64,000 nucleotides of DNA, taken from NCBI GenBank assembly GCA_027604505.1, contig JADIIX010000049.1:62001-126000 (forward strand), read 5' to 3'. The stretch's first letter is position 1; each line of letters starts with the position of its first letter. Both the position numbers and the translations under genes were made by a program. Source of the DNA: Gonapodya sp. JEL0774. Its lineage: Eukaryota. Below, piece by piece: positions 13,062 through 26,684 of the stretch. The notes under the pieces were generated by a model. It was not told the origin of the DNA and did not search any database. It saw only the letters and a list, made by a program, of their open reading frames with translations.

Positions 13062-16038
13062 ATGTCTGATGATGGATTCTCGCAACTCCTTGCACTTTTT
13101 CCTGAACATGATCCCAGCCTCTTGCATCAAGCCTTGGCCGCGAGTGGAGGTTTTGTGGAAGACGCGGTTGAACGTGTTTTGTGTCCCTCACTCAGTGTCG
13201 TGGTAACATCGAATGCTTCCAGCGCATCGAATTCTACTCGTCAATATTCTAAGAGCAACGGCGAAACTGATGTGGAGGTTGTCGGAGGATGGGATACTCA
13301 TTCTGATGCAAATCCGACCTGTCGTCCGACTGTTCCTGAAGACCGTACTATCGCGGGACGCTATCACATGGTGCGGAATGACGCACCTAATGGCGACTCT
13401 TCACGAGCAATATCGAGCGGAAAATCATTGAGAGAACCTGCCGTGCAACACTTGACATCAGATGAACTAACCGCCTCCTTCTCTGCTGCGACTCACCTCC
13501 ATCAAGAGGATATTCTATATCATTATGATTTTCTGGATCGTGAATCTCCGCGGATTCCGGACTTGGTGAACGATCAAGTAGAACATTCTGTTTCTCGAGG
13601 GAGGACTGTAAATCGAAGAAGGCTGCAACACCTCCCTCAATCAAGATTGGATGGTGACAATGCATCAAATTTTCAGGAGTTGCTCGCTTCGCCAGTTCAA
13701 AGTGGAGCGAACGCACAAACCAATCTCATTCCCACAGCCCCGACAGACCTTGATGAATATAGGTTTGAAGACAACCTACGTTCTTTGTCAGAAGTTGGTG
13801 CAATACGAAAGCATTTATTTGAGGCAATAGTACGATCCATAACATATGTATCTGCCCTTACAGATGTTTCTCTCCATAGAACACCACCGTTTGGTGGCGA
13901 CCTTGCACGAGCATCAAAACGATCTAGAGCTTGCCATCAACGCCCTTTTAGCCAGTGATGATTCTGTGGATCATCTTGTCGAGTCCTTGGGAGATAGTGA
14001 TGAGGGTCATCGTCAGATATCGGGCCTCTCTTCGGACTATGTGGACACAACGGAAGACTCTATTGATTACGGGAATCTTATAACATCAATGGGTGTCAAC
14101 GACCCTCAAATGCCCGTTGGGGTCCACCGGAAAGCAAAAGACAGACCACCGGATCCTGGCAACCCCACGGAGCAGACAGTGCAGGAGCATCTTCCTGCAC
14201 CAGTCCCGTTTCGATCCTGGTCACCGTCGTCAGAACCGCGTCCAGAGATTGCGTCTGCTGTACTGCGTCCGATGCCGCTGCGGCGGCTCAAAAGCGAAAG
14301 TAGTTCTCCCTTGAAGCCTGCCCGAGACTTTATAGTGGGCTCCCGTCAGTTTCCCTCTGGATCGGATGTCAATAATACAAGGTCAATCGGACAGAGTGCT
14401 ACCAGCAGCGAGTCGCAAAGTTTGTTTGCTGGGTCAGGGACGAATTTTGGTGATGTGGTGCCGTCGTTTGAACGTGCACCCAGCACTACGGAGATCATAG
14501 ATGGACTCGGTGAAACGGAACCAGCTCAAGACTTAATCGCTGACCTCTTTCCAACTGTTCCTCGATCAAAGCTTCAGAGACTTGTGTTCCTCGCAGAGGC
14601 AGAAGGAGCCGAAGATCCGGTCCAAGAGGTTGCGGAAAGACTTCTTCCTCTAATGCTTGACCCACCCGAAGGATTGACTTTCGAGGAACTTGTAGCCCAG
14701 GAATGTGATGGAGCATGTTTTGAATATGGAGAAAGTTGCTGGTGGCACGGAGGGAGCAACAAGGGTCAGAGCCAGGATGTTTTTTTAGCCGCTGCATCGA
14801 ATCGCTCTCCAGCAAATGTGGCAGCACGAAAGCGAAAGCGCGGTCACATGCCCAGGTCGGGTACGAAGTCCTTCGCGGCCATGGCGACAACTGGCTCAAT
14901 CTCGCGATTCGCCACTCCGACCTCTGGTAATCTCCAGCCTAGTGTTAGAAACGCATCTTGGAGTAATGTGGCTTCTATTGGCGTGGAGTCTCGTCCAGTT
15001 CAGGGCCCGGTCGGTTTTGTGTTGCCCGCGTCCCGAAGCACCCAGTCTTCAAGGAGTTCCCATTCGGAACCTCCTAAACTGATTTACATGAGCGAGCGAG
15101 ACGATCCAAGCAACCAAGGATCGTCGAGCTCACAGATGTCTGGTCGAAACCGCCGATTTGACGGATGGGATGGAGACGTGAGTGGTCTAGCCGAGGCCGT
15201 TGTTCTTGCATCTGAACTACGGTGCACAATCAGCGCGATATTCCGGAGCCGCGCGTACCTCGGAACTCTGCCGAATGGCATAAGTATTATGCTAATGCTT
15301 ACAGAAATAAAGCAGTCGGTGTCATAACCAACAGTCGGCATCCAGCGCACGCGGCAGTGAAGATGGAAGATGTAGGTTGAAACGCCAACAAATATTCTCA
15401 TTCTCTGGTTTGAACAATGTGTCTCTGTTTCTTTTAGGCGCGGCGATATATGGCGAAGGTACAAGAACATTGGGATTGTTTTGATGAATTAATCGCTACC
15501 CGTGAACGGTAGGTTCTCGCTGTGCTCGTCAACAGTAAAATAATAATTTGTCGGTGTTCTCCTGCTTGCAGCCAAGGAGCTCAACCAAATATTGTTGATT
15601 TGCATCATTTCCGAGCAAAAAGGGCTGTCGAACACGCAGAAAAGGTACAAACAACGTTTATCTTTCAAGTTGTGGGTGAGGATATTAACATTATTTCATG
15701 TTTCAGGTGCTGAATGACTACATAAGCTCATCGCAAGGTAATAAGCATTACGCACAATTTAACACTGAATCTGATGTTCTATTTTGGGTGTTGCCTGTAT
15801 CACTAACAAGACCGAGCACGATGGGGACCCACGTTCAAGGTTCTTGTTTTCGTTTGTTCTTGTCGGTTCGAGCAACAACTAAAAATTTTGCATTTAACTC
15901 CATTAACAGATTATCACTGGTCGCGGTAATCATAGTGATGGACATGTTCCCATTATTAGGGACAAAGTCATTCAATGGCTTAGACGCGAAGGACACACAT
16001 TCACCGAATATGAAGGACACGTCGTAATTAAGCTATGA
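13062..16038 (+). CDS. CUE-domain + Smr-domain protein (Cue2/N4BP2-like no-go-decay endonuclease), multi-exon
   Basis: CUE-like repeats (LLALFPEHDPSLLHQALAASGGFVEDAVERVL; MFLSIEHHRLVATLHEHQNDLELAINALL; DLFPTVPRSKL). C-terminal Smr motifs IVDLH and IITGRGNHS. Stop TGA at 16036-16038. Confidence 0.85.
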
Positions 16039-16053
16039 TCGAATTATTGAGAA

Positions 16054-19001
16054 TTAATCTAGTGTAATAGTATCGTCATCATCGTCCAGTACAATGGGGT
16101 TACCGGATCCTCCGCCATCTAAACGGGCCCGTTTAGTACTCTCCTCTCGTTCCGCCATACCTTCATCTCTTTGGCGTTTTGCATTGGCTTTTGCCGCAGC
16201 TTCCCGATACGCGATGGTAGGAATGTCTGTGCTCTTGTCTCCCGAGAGAGTAAACAGAGACGGAAGGTCATCTCTGTGGTGGACATCATCTGGGTGTGAT
16301 GACAGTCCCGTCGACAACAGCTTTGACAACTTCACTTACCTCTGGAGAATAAAAATGTAAACCATTCGTTTCGTGCCTGCGTCATCATCGTCCACAATGG
16401 CCTGTATGTTCTTCCCATGTGTAATTTTTAGCGCCTCGAGAGTCTTGTCGAGATTATCTGTAAAATCGTCATCGTAGTATACGTCTGCATGGCCCCTGTT
16501 TGAGTTATGTTTTTTTGTGTTGAATTTTTTGATCTGGATCAGAGGATGGGACACGCAGCTCCTTGGATGGTTCCTCACTTAGCATTTTCGTTGATTGACA
16601 GGTCGCCTTTCAGGGAGAGGCCATCGGCTCCCCTAATAACGCGTTCAACCAAATCTCGCAATGTCATCTTCCTTGTGTCGGTTTCCACCACCACGAATCC
16701 AGCCGTGCACACACCGCATTCCGGATTTTGGGTGAAGTTACTTTCCGAGGTCAGGATTGATCCTCTTCCAGTTGATGTGCTCAGAGTGACTCGTTTGATT
16801 CCCGAAAGCGGTACCTCTGTGGATGCAAGAAGTTTGAAGAGATGAAGAACCATGACTCCAGATACTATGGCGTTGGCCGTTGCAACGGCAGGAATGATGC
16901 TTCCCGCCATTTCTGTAACAGAAAATTTACAAACGAGTGCAGTGTAGCCGAGTCTCCAGTCGAAGAAGAAAATGAATATTGACTCACGTTTGGCGTTGAA
17001 TCTACTCTGTCGGTCAATTTGGTAAATGTGGGCACGTAGATTTGCGGTGGCGGCAACGAAATCCATAACTGGGTCGTCATCCTTGTCGAATGAAAGACCA
17101 GCCTCTGCATCCGATGCACGTGCTTCAACAAACCGTGCGGCTAGTGTCCGAACACTGTTTCGCGTCCATTAACACAAAAGGAGCCTGCATAGTCACCAAA
17201 TAACTGTGGAATCAATAAAAGCATAATCTCCGGATCACACCTTTTCAGAAAAACTCCCGCGCTTTCCTCTAAAGTCCAAAGCTTTTGTTCCCATTCGAGC
17301 CTTTCCCTCTCGCCTTTCTTGACTTCTTCCTTTTTGGAGGGCAATTTTCCCTTTGCTCTTCTCTTCCCCTTCGCCTGATCTTTTTCATCAGCGGGTGCCA
17401 CATCATCAAAAGAGAGGGGTGTCGGTGCCTTCCTTGATTTCCACAAGTCGGGCATCGAAAGGAGTCGCTTCACATCTGCATCAAAAACCTAAAGAAGGCA
17501 GCAGCCCCTAGATGAGCCTTTTCAAGGTCGAGAGAGTATTTCGAATCATCGGATACCTTTTCAAAAACCATTCTCGGGAAATCATCTGAACCCATGGCAT
17601 CCTTGATAACCTTGAGCGCATCTGATTCGACTTTGAGCTTGCCGATCTCCTCCACTAGTGCCGAACAAGATACCATGCGTGTAATTATTGACAAGATGAG
17701 TTTGATGGAAAAGTTGCTTACCATTTTCGGCGTCCACGGTAGTGTCCAATACTGGATCCTCACTGTCTGATGGAGAGCCGAACAGTTGGCTGAAAATTGG
17801 GACCGAATCCGCCGTGAAATTTATCTCAGTCTCTTTCATATGTTTCACGACTAACTCGGAATCGCTCGGAGAAGTGGTGATTCCCACTTCTCCTGGGCCT
17901 AACACTCACCTGAACAAGTAGCTTTTGGCCCACACGACACAGTGGATTGGTAAACTTGGTGTACTTCGAATGGTACATACAGCATACGTCTTGGGCAGTA
18001 CTTTTGGAGTGCAGTCATAGCATGCGGTGATTCTCTAAATTAGAAAAAGCATTTCATTATGAAAGGAACTCGCTCTCAATCAAATGAATGCTAAATGAAC
18101 CTTCTTTATAACGTAAGACTGACCCTGGAAGCCAGTTGTTCCAGCTTCAATCAGTGGACGGTCTGCGGCAAGGCACATGAGATTGACATGGCTACGGGCA
18201 TCTGTAAGGGTCGAGGCGTAAATGATAGGGAGAGCAGCGAGAATTTGAGAAGGTCCTCCGAGTGGTAATAAAGGGGATATGTGAGTGGGAGAATTCATGG
18301 AGCATCACAGTCGCTTGCACCCTCTTCGCATTGAGCCTGAGGCTCGCGGACAGCTTGGGTGATTGGAAGGAAGCAATACTCTCATATTCCTCCAGCCTGC
18401 GGTCGGTGCGAATCCAGAGTTGTTTGGAGACAGACTCACCCAGATTGTCCAGAGCATTCATGACTACCGTGAACTTCCTGAAGAACGCAACGTCAAAAAT
18501 AGGATCCTTGATATTCGCGTGGTGTGATATGACGTTTGCCTGAGGGTTAAACCTGAGTGCCGATTCTCGAGCAACATGAGCCTTGGCTTTCGAAATGTGC
18601 TGTTTCTGGAAAAGAAATTGGCGATTTAGATTCGATAGATCAATCGTATCGAGGTCGACCTTGAGATTGTGTCAGTTTGTGTTCGGTTTTCATTGATTGG
18701 GGGATTGGTGAGTATAGTTTCAGTTGAGGAAATGATTCGAGCGATTTGCGAAGGGATCAATCACGCAGACATCGTGAAGGAGCAACACAAGTTTGTCGAA
18801 CGGAAATAGCCTCGCTCCAACTTCGCGGTTGGATGAACTGACCACTGTGATGTTCTTGACACCCGAAAGCAGGAGTGTTTTCAGCAATTCGCATCCGATT
18901 CCTCCGGCCCCTACCATGAGGATAGAAGCATCACCCAGTGATTGCACCAAACTCGGGCCGAGCGTGGTCTTCAAGTGGGTACGGCGCTCAGAATCAGTCA
19001 T
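16054..19001 (-). CDS. UBA2: SUMO-activating enzyme subunit 2, multi-exon
   Basis: [38 protein letters not shown], catalytic region [58 protein letters not shown], CxxC, and a SIM-like acidic C-terminus ([13 protein letters not shown]). Confidence 0.95.
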
Positions 19002-19738
19002 ATTTTTGTGTGGATGTAGCTCTAATAGTCCAAAATGATGGTGCAGTTGCACTTGGGAAAGCCTGCTTTTGAATCTTTAATTGCAACGAACTACCATAAA
19101 ACTTCACCCCAGCTATAGTGCGCTTTTGTCGGCGGAACTTTGAGTGATGGTTCACGAACTTCTTGGCACCTCCCGCGCACTTCTCCCATTCGCTTGAATG
19201 CAAATAAAACATACATTGCGTCTCTTCCACTTTCATGACAAGCACTTGGTCTCTGTCGGCCGTGGTTTTTCAAAGCATTGAAAAGGAAGAATGGCGTGGC
19301 ATTTATGCGGGGAAGACAGCCCCATACTACTGGTGCACTGACCGCGTGCTGAACGGGAGATCCAGAAGTGGGGGGAATGTGGGGGAGATTGCGGGGAGGA
19401 GCGTAATGCCCTTGGAGAGTGCGAACGACCGCCAATAACCAGTAGTCGCGTCTGATCCTGTTGCCCTTTCGGTTCCGACTCCCAAATCCCACTGGATCCC
19501 ACCTGTGACGAAACGGCGAGATGATGGGGAAGGGTGTCTGGCCGGGACAGGAAGCGCGACTTCGACTGACTCCAACCAATCTGTGGATGCCAAAATCTAT
19601 GTGGCCTGGAGCCTCGTCTTAAACCACTTTTTACGGGGGAAATCGGAGCCAAAAACTGGCGAGTGACACACTTGGCTTATTCAAGAAAGTTCCTCCTTAT
19701 TGACATCCGGAGATTGCTCATTTGCACTCCATTATTCG

Positions 19739-20966
19739 ATGCAGCGCACCACCACCACACCAACATTTCTCCCATCTCGCCATCACGTCATCCCTCGTAT
19801 CCTCCCCAACCACGCCGCAGACATCGACTCGTCTGACACAAACAGGCACGGGATTCCTGAGAGCTCGGTATCATCTGCACTAGCAGTACTTCATGCTTCC
19901 GAGACCAGCACTTCAGCCACCAGCACAAATCAGCCGATTGCCGAGGGAACGACCTCAGACGTGATGCCAACGTTGGCTCGAGGTGTGGTGGCCGGAATGG
20001 TGGCTATCACTGTTGTAATTTTTGCATTGTTGTATGGGTTATTTTGGTTTTGTGTGAAGACGAGGTGCGTTGAATAGGGCAATTGGTGCCCACGGAACTT
20101 CACACTGATTTGTGCTCTCCTCATGCCACGCGTGGCCCGAAAACTGATTCACCTAACTCCAGGTACGGTCGACCGTGGCCCCAAAGACGGTTTCAAGAGG
20201 TTGATAGAAAGCGCGGGTTGGATGAGAAGGTTGGTGTTTCATCCAAGGAGCCGGTCACTCAGGTTTTCGTCCTGGATCTCTCAATATTTTCAATCCTGTC
20301 ACCACAGATCCTCGAATCACTTCCATTAGTGCCATATGTGCCTGGAAGCTGTCACACCATCTCCGGGCAACTCGAGCCGGGGCGACCTCCGAGTTCTGAT
20401 AAAGCAGAACTCGAACTGGAACAATTGAGTCAGATATCACGAGGATCGGAAGTGACAATCACAATAGTCGAGGGGTCGCCACGTGCTGGGGATGCGCTGA
20501 TGGTGGTGCAGGATGGGGTGGAAGTTGTCAAGAATGAGATTCACCTCTTGCGGTCGCCGATCGCAGACATTACCCTTTCTGCACGTTTGTCAAGCTGGTT
20601 AATGAAGCGATGGCGCTCGAATTTTCATGGAGCACGAGTGACAAACGGACAGGAGATAGGGGAGGAGTGCGCAGTGTGTTTGGAGCTGTTTGTATTGGGG
20701 CAGCATTTAAGACTGCTGCCGTGTGGTCATCGATTCCATTCACACGTGAGTTTTGTCATCAAAATAGGTCCATGCTTTTGATCCGGTGTCTCACGGAACT
20801 GGTATACCGTTAATCATGTTTTTAGTGCGCCGGCCGCTGGCTCCTCAATGAGTCCACGCTATGCCCTCTTTGCAAGGGTGATGTCGCTGCTATGCTCGCT
20901 CAAGAGACGCAGTCTAATCGTCATGAGAGTATCGAAGGGAAGAGATCCAAGGAAGAAAGTAAATAG
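19739..20966 (+). CDS. Single-TM RING-H2 E3 ubiquitin ligase, copy 1
   Basis: TM segment (GVVAGMVAITVVIFALLYGLFWFCV), then RGLDEK/ILESLP, then RING-H2 CAVC..LPCGHRFHSH|CAGRWLLNESTLCPLC across an intron. Stop TAG at 20964-20966. Confidence 0.88.
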
Positions 20967-21244
20967 GAATTGGCTTGTCGATCTGGCAGTTGAGCTCGAT
21001 CCAGGGTAACGATTAGCCCACTGCAGATTTGTGCAACAATTGCAGCATCATTATGTAAAGTGCATTTCAAGAGACCACCGACTACTACGGAGTTCTTTTC
21101 ACACAGCATATCCATGCATTTGGGTGTGTGCTGAGCTGATCGCAGTGGGGTGCAAGCCCCTGATTGTGGTAACTTTGTTCGGCCCCACCACCAGGCAGTA
21201 GCCAGGCACACCTGCAGTTACTTCCCCCATTTTGACTTTCCGTC

Positions 21245-22828
21245 ATGCCCGCCACTCCTGTCCTCGCTAGACGTTCTCCTCCTTCTGCTCCCCCTGGGCC
21301 TCCGCCTCCACCTCCCCCTCCATCCACTCAACCAACCACCCCACCCGGCCAGATTATTCTGTACGCGCTGATTGCAGTGGCAATATTCGGATTCATCTGG
21401 TTTGTTTGGTGGTTTTTCATCTCAACCAGGTGCGTTTCACAGCTAATTGTTTCGAGAGAACTGAGGATCGCTGGTCAGCACGGCAGGAGTTCGATACCTT
21501 ACACGCAGCAAAATCATGCACGATGAGGAACGGTGGATTGCACTTGGATAAGGGACGTCGATGCCATCCTCTCATCGACGTTTGGTGCAGATATCATCAC
21601 CGATCACAGTCCAGTCCATCCTCGTTTCCTCCTTTGGTATTCTCACTTGCTCTTGGTATCTCTAATCCCGATCTTATTTCTTTCTTTCTTTCTCAGATTC
21701 GGCCGCCGCCGCGTCCGAGCTAATTCAATGCGCAAAGGCCCGGGAAGTGGTCTCAAAGTCGAGGTTGGTAAACTTTACATTCCGCTTGATGTCACAGAAC
21801 TTGGCGCTTTTCAACAAACTGTGCATTGCGTGGACATGTCTCAACCTCCGCTGTCGCTTGTATTGCGGTCCTCCGGGGCTCACACTTTACACAATTAACG
21901 GCCTGCGCTGTTTTGTTCAACCACCACAACCACGATTCCAATCTTAATGCGTCTCCAACCAATCTATCGGTGGCGTAACAGGTCGTTCGGAACCTTCCCC
22001 TCCGGATATTCGATCCCTTTTCTCCACCACCACCTGCATCCACATCTGCAGCCTCAACAACAACAATCCCAACCCAGTCACCTTCATCCCCTACCCTTCA
22101 CACTCCCATTTTGTCTCCCGACGAATTGAAGCAATCCATCTCCGCAGTCGACTCTCGCGCTGTACATCCACAACCCCAATCCCCACTGGCGCGCCTCTTT
22201 GCCCCACTCAGAAACCTCGTACCCGAACCAGCCTCTTGGGGTATTACTGTACGTGGCAATGTAGATACGAACCCTGCCGCGCAGACGGTGGCAATTGGAA
22301 TGGAACAGGTGCGGGTGGACGGACAGGACCACGCGCAGGGCAACGGGATGGACTGTGCGGTGTGTTTACAGGCTTATGTGGCAGGAGATGAAGTGAGGGG
22401 ACTACCATGTGGACACGAATTTCATGGGGTGGTGAGTGCAGAGTTTGGCAAAGGCCTGCAGACCTCTCCCTATTGCAAATTTCACTTCACCCTCCAACCA
22501 CCCACCACCGTCCTCCAATCTCGCGACTCACGTCCACTCCCACATTCAAACACCCATGTTAATCCGCTCACCGCTCACTCGATCATTTCATTCCATCCTT
22601 TGTCAGTGCATCGACCCATGGCTACTGGACGTATCCCCGCTCTGCCCACTGTGCAAGCGGGATGTGCGGCCCGAAGAAGAAATTGCTGCCGCCGCTGCTG
22701 CTGCAGAGGGTGGGGAAAGCCCCGGGAGGGGCACAGCGACCACGGAGGCAGCAGATGACGGAGGGGAGAGGAGGCGGAGACGGATGATCATGGGATTTGG
22801 GGTGCATGGAGGAGGCCCAGTGATGTGA
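21245..22828 (+). CDS. Single-TM RING-H2 E3 ubiquitin ligase, copy 2
   Basis: Pro-rich N-terminus, TM segment (IILYALIAVAIFGFIWFVWWFFI), GLKVE/VVRNLP, RING-H2 CAVC..LPCGHEFHGV|CIDPWLLDVSPLCPLC. Confidence 0.88.
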
Positions 22829-23550
22829 ATGGGGCTGCGGGCCGTAGAGACGCAAACGGGGGTACGGGAATCCCAGTCAAGCATGGTCCGACACCAAAGG
22901 CACCACACATAACTCCTTATTGAGCTACGAGCGCTCTCTTGGTAATGATCTTGTGTATGGATTTTGTGTTCAGTTCCGCTACCAACGTAATGGACTTGTT
23001 TTGTGATCCCATTGATCGACTTCTTTATTTGTGTTGCTTTTGTTGTTATGTGTTGAGATTTACTTTTGTGTTCGTGAAACGAAATCATCCTTCCGTAGTG
23101 GTTGTCAAGGAACCTTTTACTGTAACATAATCAGTTTCGGTTTTCCTGTTTGCGCATTCGTACATCCTATTGTCAAAGGAGAAAGGGAGTGGCAGGCGCA
23201 CCTGAGCAGATGGAACGGCTGAACAGCAACACGGACCGGTCCGACCAAGACAAGGTATCCGTTTATCACGCAGAGAAGCCCGTGCCCGCTGCTTGCAGAT
23301 CGGCATACTTCCATAAGTCTTTGGCGGCAATAACGTTTGATTTTGGTGTTGTCGTGTCCTGGTCAACTTGTTAAAAATACGTTGGTTGACGTGTCCCAAG
23401 GTGGTATGCTGTTGTTCAGAATCAATTCGTAATACCAGTCCACGGGAAGCAACTTATATACACATATGACTGACATTGGGACGGATCAACTGAAGCCATG
23501 GACACACTTTTCCAAGCTCGATATATTGAATTCAAGTTTGGCCTAAATTC

Positions 23551-25984
23551 CTACAACTGCGACCGGGCTGTTCCTTGTCGAAGTGGGAGCCAAATCTGTG
23601 ACTTATACTTGCCCCCAAAATAAATGAGTTGCTTTCCTTTGTTTGCATTATACTGCGGAATACGGATGGGAACTGGAATGTCTGCAATACATTATAGAGA
23701 AGATGATTCGTTGTAATTCAAAGAAGGTAAAGTTGTAGACGTACCTGAGTAATTACTGTTCACCGGTGTGATGTCCAGTCTCAGTCCTTCGCCAGGTGAA
23801 ACGGACATTGCCATCGGCCAAAGACCAGTGACTATCTCCACAATCTCCCCGGGCTTAACCGGAGTGTTTTCATCGTGTGGGTGGAATGGAACCCCAGGGA
23901 AGTTAATTTCAATCTCTTCGCGGGATGCAGGTGGGCGAACCTTCCGCCTCGATGCACGGATTAGACCATTCGGCCCGACATATCTGAAAAGGCTGCTCTT
24001 TGGAAGACTCTCGTAACTGGTTGGTGGAGTTTGCCCCATTTCTATGGCTGCCCGTTGCATATCTTGGAGTGGATAGGTAAAGAGATCCAGCGGCTTTCCT
24101 TCCCGAGATAGCTTACGAACAGTGAAGCACAGATCAAAATCGGTGTGCGATTCAGCCGCAGCGTGCACACAGACGCGGGGTAGGCCCACGAACTCAAGTG
24201 TGGTACTGGCTTGAGCAGAGTGTATGTATGTCCAACTTGCCACCGAGGAGTTGTTGGCAGAATCATACTCCACCCAAGACTCTACGTCCAGTGGTGATTT
24301 AGAGAGCACTCCATCACGCGTCAAAGAAAGCGACCATTCACGAACGTCAGGTGGAGGAAAGTCAGATGCAACTTGGTAGATCTGAACCGGATCACCGCCA
24401 TGTGGGTGGACTTGGTAGCGGACCGGCGGAGTTCTATCGGGCCATTTATTGTCGATCCCTTTCAGAAAATGATCAAAAAATCCAGCAAGATCCTCAACGT
24501 TTTGGCGCTGGTGAAGATCGTGCCACTCCTGTCCACCATGGAAGCGAAGCCTTTGAAAGAGCATTCAACAAGCTGTGTCGCTCACTGAAATGTATTCCTT
24601 GAGGACGGAATCGCATGATCCTCTTACCATTTATGTATGCTCGCAGCGTTTTTCCATGCCGTAATGCTTCCAAGTAAATGCGCAGTACTGCCCATTGCCG
24701 CAGTCGCGTAGATTGGTACCACAATCTTTGAAGGTTTTGCAGCCTTTGTTAAGGCGTAGTTTCGAAAAAATCCATCTTGTCCAGGCATCACAAACGATGC
24801 GAGTGAGTCCTCCACTTTGGTTCTGGTGCATTGAGTGTTTGAAAAGACGAAATGGGCGAATTGAAAGTTTGGAATTCCACCCCGATATACGTTTTGGCGG
24901 TACTCGTCGGCTAGCCTGTGAGTACAGGAGTTAATCAAGGGGTGGACGAATAGCCTTCACCAATTACGCGTTCTGTTGCTTACCCCTCCCATGGAGCGAT
25001 CGCCGCGAGGTGGGGAGGCTGACTCTCAGCGACCCAGTACTGACTCATGGCTAGCTGACTATTTCCACTCATTCCGACCTGTGAAGAAGTCACCGCTCTG
25101 AATCATGATGGTTGGATCCGACACGGATGTTGTCATTACATACCTTGCCATTGCACCACTCTTGCGCCGCTATCCATTCTACAACATCGTAGCCGTCCGT
25201 TATAGTCTGTGAGAGACAATTCGAGAGATTAACAAGGGAGAAGGTCCCTGGATTCACAGCGGCGAAGGTACCTGACCGCCAGGGGTGTTGGTCAGGTTTC
25301 CTCCAGAATCGTACGATCCACGGCAATCCACATGGACTATCGCATATCCACGTGGACACCACTCTGCCGGGTCGAGTCTGCACAAAATGATTGAGTAAGG
25401 TGTCGCACTTAGGCGACATTCGTTGTTTCAAACGCAAAATACATACCCCTCAAACACTTCCAGCCCCGACAGCGCAGCGGGACGCACGCCCGCACGATAG
25501 GGGACGACATTCAACTGCCAAATGTGGTTGTAGTTGTGAGCACGCAAAATGTGCCCAAAAGCAGAATCTCCCTGCTTACTGAAAATTTCCCCCGAAAAGT
25601 TTTCCCGTACGGAGTCCACATTATGATAGCTGGGAACTTGTTATCAGCACGACCGGCGGGACGGAGAATGTCCACCATGAGACTGACGTCGTCACGCATT
25701 TTTACTGTAACGTTTTGGGTGAGGATGATAGCCTCATCCAGAGGGCGAGTTGTTTTATCCAGCCTCCATCCGACTGGGAGAATTCTTTCAGTGAATTCAG
25801 GGCCATCGTAATGCGGGTCAGATTCTGGGAGATTGTACGGAGGCCGAAAGAGAACAGGCACCCCGTTGACTTCAAGGAGCTCTCGAGGAACGTTGGTGGA
25901 AATGACCGGCTCGAGGAGTTCGTTTGGGAGCAACAGCTTGAGGATAAATGTCGGAAGTTGCAGATGTGCGAGTAGAAACGCCAT
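23551..25984 (-). CDS. CocE/NonD family (peptidase S15-like) alpha/beta hydrolase, multi-exon
   Basis: VKMRDDVSLMVDILRP, WTPYGK, DGYDVVEWIAAQEWCNGKV, nucleophile elbow GMSGNSQLAMSQY, AAIAPWEG, and C-terminal GPNGLIRASRR..PGEIVEIVTGLWP. Last exon ends ...GTARSQL-TAG. Confidence 0.9.
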
Positions 25985-26549
25985 GATTGAGAGCGCAATC
26001 CCTCTTTTGCAGGTGAAGCGGAGTCAGATTTGAAGCCAACTATCCGGAGCATCTTTCTCAGAAGCGTGCAGCAGATGAACCGGAACGTCGGCTTGTAGAA
26101 TAGGCTGCACGGTGTTCGCCAAAAACATCTTTACCCGTCTCAACAGGAGCTCCAATCATTCACAGCTTCGAGCGGCGGCGATCGGCACAATCGGGTGTTT
26201 TGTGTTGGAAGACGGGAACACTTGACCTGGATAATAATTTTGGAAAGTGCTTTTGTCAATGGATCGCCTCCGTTCTTTCTAACCTCCCACCCGCACGGAC
26301 AAACGACTGATTGTATCTGATTCCATACAGGTCGAGCTCACCACCACCATGATCGGTCTGTGCAATGCAGAATGCATCTGATTAAAACTCAATCGTGACA
26401 GCTCGAGTCCTTGATCGCCACAAGTCGTAGTTGGTTCGTCATTTGGTGATAGCTTTGACATGTAATAAGTGATTGAGAACGTGTACAAGACCCGACGTGA
26501 GAGACCATCTGATAAACCAGCTCTGCAACTCAAGTCCCAACCAATTATG

Positions 26550-26684
26550 CTACACGTTCCGTTCCATTTCGATCTCCCGATCGTCTGCCTTCCCTTCAAC
26601 GTTTGCGAGTTGCCTTGGCGGAGCGAGCGTAACAAAGACATCACCCTTGAAAAGAGGGCACAGCGTGGACTCATTGAGAAGTCA
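26550..26684 (-). pseudogene. Inverted, degenerate copy of the last exon of RING-H2 copy 1
   Basis: The minus strand reads TGA-LLNESTLCPLFKGDVFVTLA..., against W-LLNESTLCPLCKGDVAAMLA in the gene at about 20838-20900. The nucleotides are near-identical over about 45 nt. Trp has become TGA and the last RING Cys has become Phe. Confidence 0.8.

Noticed and set aside
18204..18439. Longer UBA2 intron as an H/ACA snoRNA host
   Set aside because: ANANNA and ACA matches are too degenerate, and I could not see a convincing two-hairpin fold.
26682..26684. In-frame TGA in the RING relic as selenocysteine
   Set aside because: It aligns to Trp, not Cys, and another RING Cys is also lost. This fits pseudogene decay.
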